Position numbers and translations under genes: made by a program | In this document: positions 39,334 through 52,014 of the stretch, piece after piece | Layout: each line of letters begins with the position of its first letter | Position numbering within the stretch: position 1 is the first letter of the stretch | Notes under the pieces: generated by a model | The model's database searches: none | What the model was told of the DNA's origin: nothing | Seen by the model: the letters and a program-made list of their open reading frames with translations, nothing else | Origin: Macrostomum lignano | Lineage: Eukaryota | DNA length: 64,000 bases | NCBI GenBank assembly: GCA_002269645.1 | Contig: NIVC01002153.1 | Span: forward strand, 1 to 64,000 | Reading direction: 5' to 3'

Positions 39334-41149
39334 GGGTGATGGTCATTTCGTCAACTGGCGTTTCGTCAACTCGGTTGACGAAGTGACCAAAGTGTTAGGG
39401 CGACTTTACTGGTGGTTGACGAAGTGACCAATGCTTAGGTCCTTCCCATTTGCTTTATTGACAAAGTGACCAAAATTTTCATTATATGAATAATACGCGT
39501 ATGTAACTGATACAGTTGCATAATCTTGTATAGCTTACAATTATTGTTATATCAATGACTTGTTTTATTAATTGCCTTATTTTTTTAAAACGATCAAATT
39601 TTACAATTTTGCAATACCAGACTGCGTGTCCATTAGGTTAAATGTTTTGATGAAAATATTCTATGCAAATGCGTCACCCATGTGCACTCATACCCACATA
39701 TGCATCCGGGCATTAATGAATCTTGAGTATATGTGCGTTATGCGACTATACATGCGACTACGTAACATGGGTACATGTATCTCCTATCAAAACGCGTCCA
39801 GGACTACTATAAAGTCCCCTATGGAGTCATGAAAATGGTGGACTACGTGTGTCTAATTCCCACCCCTCCACCCCGCTGTGCATAGTCAACCAAAGCCCCG
39901 CAGCGAATTCAGTAATGCTTTTGATTGGAGTATATATAAATTACACATGATTCATGTGCGCTCAATGATCAATCATGCTATACATAGATAAGGCATTTCA
40001 CTCCCTATCATGCTTAACACTAAAATGTATAATGCACTGTAAGAAGGCACAGGCAGACGCGCAAACCTAGCAATATTGGGTGCAATACCATAGTGGCGCG
40101 CTCTTGATTCGTGCATTCCTGCTCATGTAGCTGCACAAGACTTAGCCATGTGCCTACTATAAGCCCCTAAGCCCCTAAGCAAGGGCAAGGTCTTGCCCTT
40201 GCAATTTTCATTCATTTGAGATATCTCTGTGACTATATACTAATAAATTAGTCAAGGACCACTAAAGACACTTTAAGTGCAGTCCTTGAAATGAGTGCAA
40301 TACAGTTGCACAATGTTTAAATTTGTAGAAAATTTGAGCATTTTCAGACTTTTGGCTATTCCAATTACACAGAATTAAATATTGGCCGGCTTGAGCTACA
40401 GCTAGTTCATTTCCATGTAGTCTGGGGAGTCCTGCAGTCCGAGGCCAGCTTAATGTATAGCTGACCACTAGAGGGAGCATTGTTCTAGGCGAGGTGGTGA
40501 TCAAGACCATATTGCTGTACAACGTCAAGACCTGGACACTGATGAAATCGCTTGAGCAACAAGTTGACGCGGCGCACGCTGGCCTGCTGCAAGCCGCCTT
40601 CAAGATCGCTTACGCGAGTGACCAACGCGGCTTTTGTATCACTGCACCGACCTGTTCCGTCCAAGCGACCTGTTGTGCAGTCATACATGACCATACATTC
40701 ATGTATGTAATGACTTGATTGGGAATGCTTTCTATATGTATGTTTTGCGAATAGAGGACCCGGCCACTTCAAGTGTTATCTTTGGTCCGGGTACTCCTCA
40801 ACTACATGTACTCCTCAACTACTGTTGTGCTGCACACGTTTCAAACACATGAGTGCATTATATTTTGTTAGTATATGTACAAGCATATATTAGAGACGCA
40901 TCGATCAAAAGCCGGCAGATGTTGCAGAAGGGTATGAATATTAATTAGCCTGTCGACTTAGTCATTTCAGGGTTCAGTTTTACTTTTTTGCGGCTGCGGG
41001 GGGTAGTTTATTGGCAGTTGACGAAGTGACCAATGTTGGGAAACTCCCTGTTGGCCAGTTGACGAAGTGACCGAGGTTTGAGATCGCTTCATTGGCTAGT
41101 TGACGAAATGACCAGTGATAAAACCAAGTTGACGAAATGACTAGGACCC
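39334..41149. mobile_element. 1816-bp non-autonomous TIR element (GGG..CCC ends; Merlin- or MULE-like)
   Basis: TIRs GGGT....GTCATTTCGTCAACT; multiple subterminal GTTGACGAA(A/G)TGACC repeats at both ends; perfect 8-bp TSD TAATAAAA (39326-39333, 41150-41157). Confidence 0.85.
40400..40822 (+). mobile_element. Degenerate 3' fragment of an RTE-clade LINE inside the TIR element
   Basis: ILLYNVKTWTLMKSLEQQVDAAHAGLLQAAF resembles the post-RT RTE motif (LLY..ETWTL...E..LD); ends in a stem-loop and a duplicated GTACTCCTCAACTAC tail. Confidence 0.7.
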
Positions 41150-42304
41150 TAATAAAAAGCTATGCATGTACATTTAAATTGACTATTGGCATTTAAACAT
41201 ATTGGAGAGCTTTGATTATTATAATTAGGCTACTAATAATTGTTATTATTGTTATTAATAATAAATACTATTTATTTTAATTGAGTAGGCCTATGCAAAA
41301 ATAGTTCTAAGGATTGAAAATTGGAATTGGATTAGGCCCTAGGCCTATATTGGAAGGTTGGGTTGGTTCAAAATGTGCAGGTTTCAATAGCTTATTTTCT
41401 TGTAATGGTAATATTGCTTTAAAAATGCAAATAGGAAGCTGCATTAAATTGATCCATTCTTCATTTTCACTAAATGCTGCATGTGTTTTATAATCAGATA
41501 GGCACATTAGGGCCTATATTAATTTTTTTGATGTAACACTTTAATTTATCGGCTCTATCAGAAGTATAACTATTGGCATAATATATCATTTTTATTAGAA
41601 AAGATACCAACCATCCTTAAGTAAATTATCTACATATAAAATTAAAAACTATGTTCATGTAAAGTTTTATTTGTATCTAAAATCCATAAAATCTATAATA
41701 TAAAATCTGTTGCCAGATTGTCTTTTGCCAATTTGACTGTCTTGGGATTGTCTTGTTGCCAAATTGACTATAAGCCTTATTCACTTATTGATAATATAAT
41801 TTTTCAATTTTTAGTATATATCATATACCAAATTTCTTGAGTATACCCTAGAAATTTCTAGTATAAATGTCTTCTTGATTATAAGTATACATTAGCTTTT
41901 ATTGACCTATGCTATGACTATAATTATAATATAGCCTAGTTTGGAATTTGGATACTGATATAAGCCAATATATGTTTATTATTGTATTTAAAACATATAT
42001 GCCCAATGTAAAATTTCACCTATCCAGTGCAACTTAGTTTTGTCTAGATTTGCAACTTAGTTCCTCCCAATTGCAACTTAATTTTCACTTTGTACGAGGG
42101 ATGTTCCATAAGTACTTATACTTTTGCATGCTGCTCAGGAACTATGCAACCAATCATTGTAAGTTTTTTGTCGCTGGAAAGCGGCTTTACTCATCTTTAA
42201 TCTGTCGCCATCCAAACAGGAATGTTATGGAACAAGAAACAAGGAATCCATTCCATAATATTTTTGCTTTAAGTATACCCCATTGCGTATACTTAAAGCA
42301 AAAA

Positions 42305-42435
42305 GTTTTCTTGCTTTTTTTCTCTTTTTTTTCTCTTTCTCTTTCTCTTTCTTCTTTCCCTTTTCCCTCTTCTTCCTTTTTTTTCCTTTTCTCTTCTTTC
42401 TTTTTTCCTCCAAATTTTTGTTTTTTGCATTTTTG
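42305..42435. repeat. T/C-rich low-complexity tract
   Basis: Directly visible polypyrimidine run. Confidence 0.8.
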
Positions 42436-43686
42436 ATTTTGTGACTTACCTTGGCCAGCAGCCATTTCACCCATCCAGTTTGGATGGGTCAGATGGGTGT
42501 TGGGCATGTATGATTCAAAATAAGGCACAAATGTGTGAAATTTATAATAATGGCACAAATTTTTATGCCTCTGAATAGCAGAAAATTTAAGTAAAATTTC
42601 TTTTTTGCTAACAAAAGAAGACATTTCAGAAGTTCAGGCAGAAAAGCAAGCCTATAAGTAAATTTCTAGCCTGGAAGAAAAGTTGATTAAGAAGGATAAT
42701 GAGAAAAATCAAAGGTAAAAAAAAGGGAATCAGGAATGGCAAATCAGCGTGCTTCTTGTGACTACTTTTATAAAAATGAGTTAGCTAAACACATAGCCAA
42801 AAAAAGAAAATTTTTAGGTCTATCTAAAATTTTCATAAAACTTTTTTGCAATAAAAAATTTTAAAGTTTAAAATGACTAATAAGGTAAAAAGTAAAGTCA
42901 ATAATAAAGTGACTAAGATGACAAATAAAAAGGAAAGGTAGCTATAGGCTAGGCCTAGCCCTAGGCTTACCAAAGAAAGATTATTTTGTATGCCTTTGTC
43001 CTATTTTTGATGATCAATGATCAGTTGTGATCTATCCTATAAGGCTAGATCACAATAGTAATAGATCATAATAGCCAATTTTTTATGTTTACAACAGTGA
43101 CATATGGCAAGTAATTTAATATACATTATACTTTTATACATTCTAGCAATTTCATACATATGCCAATATGTATTGCAAGTATCTATTCTTATGATCCTAG
43201 CTTAGATATGCAATAATATAGAAATTTGTTACCACTTGATTATTGAAAACAGAAGATAAGAAAGAAGAAAGAATTTTTTAGATTTTCCTAAAACTACTTT
43301 AAAGTTAAAATATATAAATATATAATGATTAGGCCCATTATTATTAATTATAATTTTATATTATATGGCCTTTTTAACATAGGGAAATATGAGAAAAGTA
43401 TTCAAAGTCTGTCTAACATGTCCTTTAAATGAATAATAGACAAAAGATTGCCAGTTGCCCTATTGGAGCAAATGGGGTGTATGCTAAAAGCATTTTATAT
43501 AGATAAAAAACCTACCTACCAGTATGTATTTTTAAACATATTTAAAATATTCAAACTAGGAAATAATCAAATTTAAAAGTGCATAGCTATAAAGGTATTT
43601 TGCCATAGATTTTGTGTAAAAGCATTAAATGCATTTTAATTGCCTTTGATTCCATTCATCCCTTCAGCTACTTAGCGTTGGCAAAC

Positions 43687-44712
43687 ATGGTGAGAAAAGT
43701 TATTCTAGCTATGGATGGTAGCCAGCACTGCTATCGGGCACTGTCCTGGTATGCTGAAAACCTCAATAGCGAAGATGATCAGCTGGTGTTTGTCTATGTT
43801 GCTGAACCGCCAACATCTGCCATTGCGGCTGGCGTCACCACGCCTGAGCAGATGACTGCTGGCTTGCAGGTTAGGGTTCTGCTTTCAGTTTTGAACGTGT
43901 AACCCTCTCTATTCTTAAACAGGGGCTCTAAGTCACCACTATCCTCCCAGATCCACAGTTGCTGGGCCAGCCTCCTATATCATCAGTTGCTGTGCCAGCC
44001 TTACAGATCCTACAGTTGCTGGGCCAGCATCCCAGATCCTCAGTTGCTAGGCCAGCCTCCCAGATCACCAGTTGCTGGACCAGCCTCCTATATCTTCAGT
44101 TGCTGGGCCAGCCTTCCAGATTCTGAGTTGCTGGGCCAGCCTATCAGATCCTTGGCTGCTGGGCCAGCCTGTCCCAGAGTGTCAGTTACTGGGCCAGCCT
44201 CCTAGATCTTCAGTTGCTGGGCCAGCTCTCCAGATATCCAGTGGGCCAGCCTCCCAGATCCTTGGTTGCTGGGCCAGCCTCCCAGAGTGTCAGCTGGTGC
44301 TCCAGCCTCACGGATCGCCAGTTGTTGGGTCATCTCAATCCTTAATCTATACGAAATCCCCTTGTCTCATCACCCTTTGAAGCCAGCTGCCCGTCCTCCC
44401 AACGTACCCCCCCCCCCTGTCTCTCAGGAGGCCATCACTAAAGGCAAGGGCCTAGCCAGCGAGGTGACTCAAAAGTGCTCCGAGCTGGGCATCAAAGCTC
44501 AGACTCGATTCCTGGAGCGCATTGCCCACGGCGCTGGGCCGGCTTTAGTTGACCTGTCAGTTGAAGAGAACGCCGATCTTATCGTGATGGGCAACCGGGG
44601 CATCGGCACTCTGCGTCGCACTTTTATGGGCAGCGTATCGGACTATGTGCTGCACCACGCGCACAGACCAACCATCATTGTGCCGCCGCCGAAGGAGAGC
44701 GGTCATCATTGA
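43687..44712 (+). CDS. Universal stress protein (UspA family), 155 aa, 2 coding exons
   Basis: Exon 43687-43869 (RKVILAMDGSQHCYRALSWY; donor CAG|GTTAGG) joins exon 44428-44712 (ADLIVMGNRGIGTLRRTFMGSVSDYVLHHAHRPTIIVP, the USP ATP-binding G-2X-G-9X-G-S/T motif). Confidence 0.92.
43945..44325. repeat. Degenerate 28-bp minisatellite in the USP intron
   Basis: Unit GTTGCTGGGCCAGCCTCCCAGATCCTCA, diverged copies. Confidence 0.85.
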
Positions 44713-45581
44713 GTTTAGCTGTTTGCTTTATTAAATTAAGCAACTGTTATTAAAATCAAGTAAATTTTCATTATAAGGGATTTATTCTTGGACTGTTAGT
44801 TGTCGCTTCAGTTGTATCCCGATTAAATATTATTATCCATTTTATTATTGAATTCTAATCCTTAATTGTTTTGAAATATTGTAGTCTAATATATAGTTGA
44901 TTGATTTATATTATTGTATGCTAAACGCGTAATTTTTTAATTGAAATCATAATGCGATTCTAACTAATTCCCAGTAAAATTGTAATCAATGTCTTTGTTC
45001 AGTATAACCATTTGGTTTATTGCGATTATTTATTACTTTTGATTTAATTTCTAACCCTATTCTACCCTTTATGAAATCAATAATTTTGCTTTGGCGATAT
45101 TTTACTAAGATTGGTGCAGTTTGTTTCCAGTCCAGCTTTTGTTTCTATTTTATACGTATGATATTGAAAATCTCAAATAACTTTATCCGTTGTTTCTGTT
45201 ACTAGTTCAGCTACTCTTTAAATATAGATTGGTGATTTTTTCTTCATCTTTTTCTATCCCATTTGTTATTCTGGTTTGTTTATTTTTTCTGCGTCCATAA
45301 AAACAGTTGCGCACATGGGTTGCAGAGAGTCTGAGACGCACTAATACGATTATTAATGATTAGGAAATTGTTTTTATGATATTGTTATAGCGGCGCTCTC
45401 TTTACCATGCAGGATATGCAAACTGCAATAAAAAATTTTGTGATCCAAAACTTTGCCTGATAAAGCAAGCTTTGGTTTTGTTTTTTAGCGTCTGTTTTGT
45501 TATTTTTAAAAGTTTTTATCGTATTTATAGTGTTATTGTAAGTTTTTATGGTAGCTTAAAATTATTGGCAGATTTAAGGAC

Positions 45582-48001
45582 TGTGTACATTGAGGGTTAG
45601 ACTGGAGAGTCGCAATATTAGGGCCTGTGTGTTCTGTGTACATTGAGGGTTAGACAGGAGAGTCGCAATATTAGGGCCTGTGTGTTCTGTGTACATTGAG
45701 GGTTAGACTGGAGAGTCGCAATATTAGGGCCTGTGTGTTCTGTGTACATTGAGGGTTAGACTGGAGAGTCGCAATATTAGGGCCTGTGTGTTCTGTGTAC
45801 ATTGAGGGTTAGACTGGAGAGTCGCAATATTAGGGCCTGTGGGCTCTGTGTACATTGAGGGTTAGACTGGAGAGTCGCAATATTAGGGCCTGTGTGTTCT
45901 GTGTACATTGAGGGTTAGACTGGAGAGTCGCAATATTAGGGCCTGTGGGCTCTGTGTACATTGAGGGTTAGACTGGAGAGTCGCAATATTAGGGCCTGTG
46001 TGTTCTGTGTACATTGAGGGTTAGACTGGAGAGTCGCAATATTAGGGCCTGTGTGTTCTGTGTACATTGAGGGTTAGACTGGAGAGTCGCAATATTAGGG
46101 CCTGTGGGCTCTGTGTACATTGAGGGTTAGACTGGAGAGTCGCAATATTAGGGCCTGTGGGCTCTGTGTACATTGAGGGTTAGACTGGAGAGTCGCAATA
46201 TTAGGGCCTGTGTGTTCTGTGTACATTGAGGGTTAGACAGGAGAGTCGCAATATTAGGGCCTGTGTGTTCTGTGTACATTGAGGGTTAGACAGGAGAGTC
46301 GCAATATTAGGGCTTGTGGGCTCTGTGTACATTGAGGGTTAGACAGGAGAGTCGCAATATTAGGGCTTGTGGGCTCTGTGTACATTGAGGGTTAGACTGG
46401 AGAGTCGCAATATTAGGGCCTGTGTGTTCTGTGTACATTGAGGGTTAGACTGGAGAGTCGCAATATTAGGGCCTGTGGGCTCTGTGTACATTGAGGGTTA
46501 GACTGGAGAGTCGCAATATTAGGGCTTCTGGGCTCTGTGTACATTGAGGGTTAGACTGGAGAGTCGCAATATTAGGGCTTGTGGGCTCTGTGTACATTGA
46601 GGGTTAGACAGGAGAGTCGCAATATTAGGGCCTGTGGGCTCTGTACATTGAGGGTTAGACTGGAGAGTCGCAATATTAGGGCCTGTGGGCTCTGTGTACA
46701 TTGAGGGTTAGACAGGAGAGTCGCAATATTAGGGCTTGTGGGCTCTGTGTACATTGAGGGTTAGACTGGAGAGTCGCAATATTAGGGCCTGTGTGTTCTG
46801 TGTACATTGAGGGTTAGACTGGAGAGTCGCAATATTAGGGCCTGTGGGCTCTGTGTACATTGAGGGTTAGACTGGAGAGTCGCAATATTAGGGCTTCTGG
46901 GCTCTGTGTACATTGAGGGTTAGACTGGAGAGTCGCAATATTAGGGCTTGTGGGCTCTGTGTACATTGAGGGTTAGACAGGAGAGTCGCAATATTAGGGC
47001 CTGTGGGCTCTGTACATTGAGGGTTAGACTGGAGAGTCGCAATATTAGGGCCTGTGGGCTCTGTACATTGAGGGTTAGACTGGAGAGTCGCAATATTAGG
47101 GCCTGTGGGCTCTGTGTACATAGGGGGTTACACTGGAGAGTCACAATATTAGGGCTTGTGGGCTCTGTGTACATAGGGGACTACACTGGAGAGTCGCAAT
47201 ATTAGGGCTTGTGGGCTCTGTGTACATAGGGGGTTACACGGGAAAGTCGCAATATTAGGGCTTGTGGGCTCTGTGTACATAGGGGGCTACACTGGAGAGT
47301 CGCAATATTAGGGCTTGTGGGCTCTGTGTACATAGGGGGTTACACGGGAAAGTCGCAATATTAGGGCTTGTGGGCTCTGTGTACATTGAGGGTTAGACAG
47401 GAGAGTCGCAATATTAGGGCTTCTGGGCTCTGTGTACATTGAGGGTTAGACTGGAGAGTCGCAATATTAGGGCTTCTGGGCTCTGTGTACATTGAGGGTT
47501 AGACTGGAGAGTCGCAATATTAGGGCCTGTGTGTTCTGTGTACATTGAGGGTTAGACTGGAGAGTCGCAATATTAGGGCCTGTGGGCTCTGTACATTGAG
47601 GGTTAGACTGGAGAGTCGCAATATTAGGGCTTGTGGGCTCTGTGTACATTGAGGGTTAGACTGGAGAGTCGCAATATTAGGGCTTCTGGGCTCTGTGTAC
47701 ATTGAGGGTTAGACTGGAGAGTCGCAATATTAGGGCTTCTGGGCTCTGTGTACATAGGGGGTTACACTGGAGAGTCGCAATATTAGGGCTTGTGGGCTCT
47801 GTGTACATAGGGGACTACACTGGAGAGTCGCAATATTAGGGCTTGTGGGCTCTGTGTACATAGGGGGCTACACTGGAGAGTCGCAATATTAGGGCTTGTG
47901 GGCTCTGTGTACATAGGGGGTTACACGGGAAAGTCGCAATATTAGGGCTTGTGGGCTCTGTGTACATAGGGGGCTACACTGGAGAGTCGCAATATTAGGG
48001 C
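45582..48001. repeat. 53-bp minisatellite, 2.4 kb
   Basis: Unit CTGTGTACATTGAGGGTTAGACTGGAGAGTCGCAATATTAGGGCCTGTGTGTT; the variant TACATAGGGGG.TACAC appears toward the right end. Confidence 0.97.
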
Positions 48002-48197
48002 TTTCAGTGTTTAGAGTACAGTTAGAATCAAGTGAAATGATGTAGCGTGGGTATTTAATGTACTATTCAATTACTACTAGTATAGATTGTAGAGTTTTAT
48101 AGAGAAATAAATTCCAAGACTGATTATATAAACGTATGCATTAAATATCGTGTATTCTGCATAGTTAAGCGCTGACTTTAATTTCAGTGAACCCATT

Positions 48198-49922
48198 ATG
48201 TACATGGACACTGACGATGACGGAGAGCTCGAAGTGATACGTTTTGCTCCGCCTTCGCCGAAGCCAGAGAAGCGCAGTATACTTCTTGGTAAGCGTCGTT
48301 ATAAGCCCAATAGCACCAATTCAAACAGTCGTATTAAACTTGAGCAGTCAGACGACGCCATTGATGACGAGGCTTCCCAGTACGGCAAAGGCGAGGAAGA
48401 GGTGATCACACGTCGGTATAGAGATCCTCGACGGCCATCTGCTGCTTCGTCGGTACGAGTGAAACGTGAACCAGTTGACGAGTTCGATCAGAATGAGCAA
48501 GTCAGAAGTCACCAGCCTAGTCACCGGGAGCTTCGCTTATTGGATTCGCTAGGCATATCGATTGATGAGTTTGAAAAGGCCGATCCAACAGTTAGCGGCG
48601 GTGTCCGTTCCGAGGCCTTACACCTGACTGGCGTGAGCAATATGAACACCAGTGGCGTGTTCGATTATTTATCACAGAATGCCGGCTCGGCGCCCGAGTG
48701 GATCGAATGGATCGATGATAATTCCTGCAACGCCGTCTATCCGGACGGTCCGTCAGCCTTGTCGGCGCTGTCCACCCTGACAACAGTTCGGGGTGGAGAC
48801 GAGCGAATTGAACCAGAAATACGTGTTAACAGCGGTAGTTGCTGTCTGCGCTGTCAGACCACAGTCAACATGTTGGTTCGCTTAGCTTTGTCCTCGGATA
48901 GGAAGGGTAAACACGCCAATTTATCTTCCAATTATTATCGTCGTCATGGCAACCCGAACTACGACAATATGTGCGGCATCATTAGTCAGAGCTTCAGGCG
49001 TCGGGTGAATTCTAAACGATGCGCGTTAGACATGCGTCGGCTTGCTGAGTTTGGTGTTGCATCTTCCACGACTGCGGCGCGAGCTGAAACAGAAGCAGTT
49101 GTCGATTCGTCTGCTAGAAGCAGCAGACGTCGGCGCCGAATCAGCAGCGGCAGCGGTGCAGCAGCTGTTGTTGAGAAATCGCCACGAACAGATTACAATG
49201 ACCAAGGATCCAAGAGGCGCCGTCTAGATAGCGGCAGCAACGATCTAAGGCACAGCCTCCGACGCATTCGGCAGTCCCGCAGTAGTCGGCATCGTCGGCC
49301 TAGCAGCCATCTTACCGACGAGGATGTCGAACTAGTAGTCGTAGACGATGCCGGCGGCAAGTCGGAGTTTAGCGAGCCTGAGGATTCTATCAAGCAAGAG
49401 CCTATCGACACCAAACTCGAACCGCAGCAGCCAGCTGAACATGATGACGAAGATGAAATTATAGAATTAGACAATTATCGTCGAGTATTCGTCCTTTCTG
49501 GCAACTCTTCTCGACTGTCTTCGGTTGTGCAAATGCCGCTGCCTCCGCCGCCGCCTCCGGTGCAGCAGCAGCCTCTGAGATCGGCTGTGGTGTCTCGTCG
49601 ACACGGTCCACAACGACAGCAGCAGCAGCAGCCTCAGCCGCAGATTCGTCAGGAGTCGCATCGGAGAGATCGTCAACAAAAGCGGCAGCGGCCACGTCGC
49701 AGCCGTTCTCGATCGTCTTCGTCGAGTTCGACGTCTTCGTCAACTAGCGGGTCGTCGTCAGCTTCCGGCTCTTCTTCATCGTCGTCATCTTCAAGCTCGT
49801 CGTCCGAGTCCTCTTCGTCTTCCGAGCACGAAGACGGTTCGTCTACGGAAGGCGAGGGCGAGGTGGCCGAATGGACGGCGAGGACAGCGGAGAGCGGCGG
49901 GATTGTTGGAAAAGCGCGCTGA
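48198..49922 (+). CDS. NCBP3: Nuclear cap-binding protein subunit 3-like
   Basis: EALHLTGVSNMNTSGVFDYL..PEWIEWIDDNSCN (NCBP3 RRM) and YYRRHGNPNYDNMCGIISQSFRRR (conserved Y..YGNPNY motif); RS/S-rich tail. An acceptor precedes the ATG. The true C-terminus may be in another frame. Confidence 0.82.
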   Translation: MYMDTDDDGELEVIRFAPPSPKPEKRSILLGKRRYKPNSTNSNSRIKLEQSDDAIDDEASQYGKGEEEVITRRYRDPRRPSAASSVRVKREPVDEFDQNEQVRSHQPSHRELRLLDSLGISIDEFEKADPTVSGGVRSEALHLTGVSNMNTSGVFDYLSQNAGSAPEWIEWIDDNSCNAVYPDGPSALSALSTLTTVRGGDERIEPEIRVNSGSCCLRCQTTVNMLVRLALSSDRKGKHANLSSNYYRRHGNPNYDNMCGIISQSFRRRVNSKRCALDMRRLAEFGVASSTTAARAETEAVVDSSARSSRRRRRISSGSGAAAVVEKSPRTDYNDQGSKRRRLDSGSNDLRHSLRRIRQSRSSRHRRPSSHLTDEDVELVVVDDAGGKSEFSEPEDSIKQEPIDTKLEPQQPAEHDDEDEIIELDNYRRVFVLSGNSSRLSSVVQMPLPPPPPPVQQQPLRSAVVSRRHGPQRQQQQQPQPQIRQESHRRDRQQKRQRPRRSRSRSSSSSSTSSSTSGSSSASGSSSSSSSSSSSSESSSSSEHEDGSSTEGEGEVAEWTARTAESGGIVGKAR

Positions 49923-50084
49923 GGAAGCTGAGAGATGAAGAATAGGGGAAACTGGATCAGACCCCTGCGCTTTCTGTGCCGTGCTCAGCTTGATTTTAGT
50001 AGTTGCTGTGGGCCTAATTCCTTAGTGTCTGCGTGTATATTTTCATAAACCAGGGTGAGCCACGGAAATTCCCAGCCATCCTTC

Positions 50085-51030
50085 TGTTGCTGGGCCACCA
50101 CTGCCACCTCAGTTCCTCCTCAGATACTCAGTTGCTGTGCCAGCCTCCCAGACCTCAGTTGCTGTGCCAGCCTCCCAGACCTCAGTTACTGGGCCAGCCT
50201 CCCAGATCTTCAGTTGCTGGGCCAGCCTTCCAGACCTCAGTTGCTGGGCCAGCCTCCCAGACCTCAGTTGCTGGGCCAGCCTCCCAGACCTCAGTTGCTG
50301 GGCCAGCCTCCTAGATCCTCAGTTGCTGGGCCAGCCTCCCAGAGTGTCAGTTGCTGGGCCAGCCTCCCAAAGTGTCAGTTGCTGGGCCAGCCTCCCAGAG
50401 TGTCAGTTGCTGGGCCAGCCTCCCAGATCCTCAGTTGCTGGGCCAGCCTCCCAGATCCTCAGTTGCTGGGCCAGCCTCCCAGAGTGTCAGTTGCTGGGCC
50501 AGCCTCCCAGAGTGTCAGTTGCTGGGCCAGCCTCCCAGAGTGTCAGTTGCTGGGCCAGCCTCCCAGATCCTCAGTTGCTGGGCCAGCCTCCCAGATCCTC
50601 AGTTGCTGGGCCAGGCTCCCAGATCCTCAGTTGCTGGGCCAGCCTCCCAGATCCTCAGTTGCTGGGCCAGCCTCCCAGATCCTCAGTTGCTGGGCCAGCC
50701 TGCAGATCCTCAGTTGCTGGGCCAGCCTCCCAGATCCTCAGTTGCTGGGCCAGCCTGCAGATCCTCAGTTGCTGGGCCAGCCTCCCAGATCCTCAGTTGC
50801 TGGGCCAGCCTGCAGATCCTCAGTTGCTGGGCCAGCCTCCCAGATCCTCAGTTGCTGGGCCAGCCTGCAGATCCTCAGTTGCTGGGCCAGCCTCCCAGAT
50901 CCTCAGTTGCTGGGCCAGCCTGCAGATCCTCAGTTGCTGGGCCAGCCTCCCAGATCCTCAGTTGCTGGGCCAGCCTGCAGATCCTCAGTTGCTGGGCCAG
51001 CCTCCCAGATCCTCAGTTGCTGGGCCAGCC
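50085..51030. repeat. 28-bp minisatellite downstream of the NCBP3 stop codon
   Basis: Same unit as in the USP and RAB introns; 27/28-bp alternation at about 50690-51000. Confidence 0.95.
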
Positions 51031-52014
51031 TACTATATCCTCAGATTGGGCAGTGGGACTCTTAATTGTATGTTTTGTCGCCTCGTGGGCCTGCTTGCAT
51101 TATGTTAGCAAGTTTACTTAAAAAAGAACAGATTTATATACACAGACCTAGTTCATTTCGGCAGTCAGAACAATGGCATTCGGTCAATAGTTGCATTATT
51201 TAAAGTACATATTTCCTGTCAGTTCATTTCTGTATAAATTTTTTATTGTTGAATTACCGCAAATAACTGGTTTATTAGCTATAAGAATTGGCATTTTTCT
51301 GTTTGATTATTTCAAAACTCATCTCTGTTGTTAGAGCAAATAAAGATAAATATTTGATGCTTCGCTTACATCTCTCAACTAATGTTTTCTTGACACATTC
51401 AGACAAAACGCTGATCGTAATTAAATATATGCAAAGAAATACTCGCTACTTTCTACCTATATCTTGATCTATTATTCAATAGAAAATATACGAGTAGTTG
51501 ACAATTTTAATGCATGCTATCCAAAATTAAAAAGTACATTGAACAAGTTTGTATTTCATCTTATACATGCTATGTTAACTGCGTTCACTGTGCTATATGC
51601 TTGAGTAGTATTGTATACTTATATGATTATATTAATTTTCAAATATGGTTTTAGTAGGCAGTTTTTAGCGACGTCTTTTTGCTTCATAACTACATTACTT
51701 GCTATGTATCATCCAATGCTCAAAGTGAAATTGTTTTGACATAAAACTGTTTTTATTAGCTGGTTATTAATAATTCTTTTTCTCTTTCATAGTATTTTTT
51801 TCTATTTTTAAGTATTAATAATAGAGATTAATATATATACAGTCTACGGAGTGAAGATGCACCAAGATGCCCATTGTGGTCATGCAGTTATTGTAATTAG
51901 CAGACGTGTAGAAATAGAAATAGAGAAGAGATAGACGATATAGAAAATCATATCTGGCAAATTATTGTCTACCTTACTGTCTGTCAACAACTCCAGATTA
52001 GGGAGGCAAAGAAG

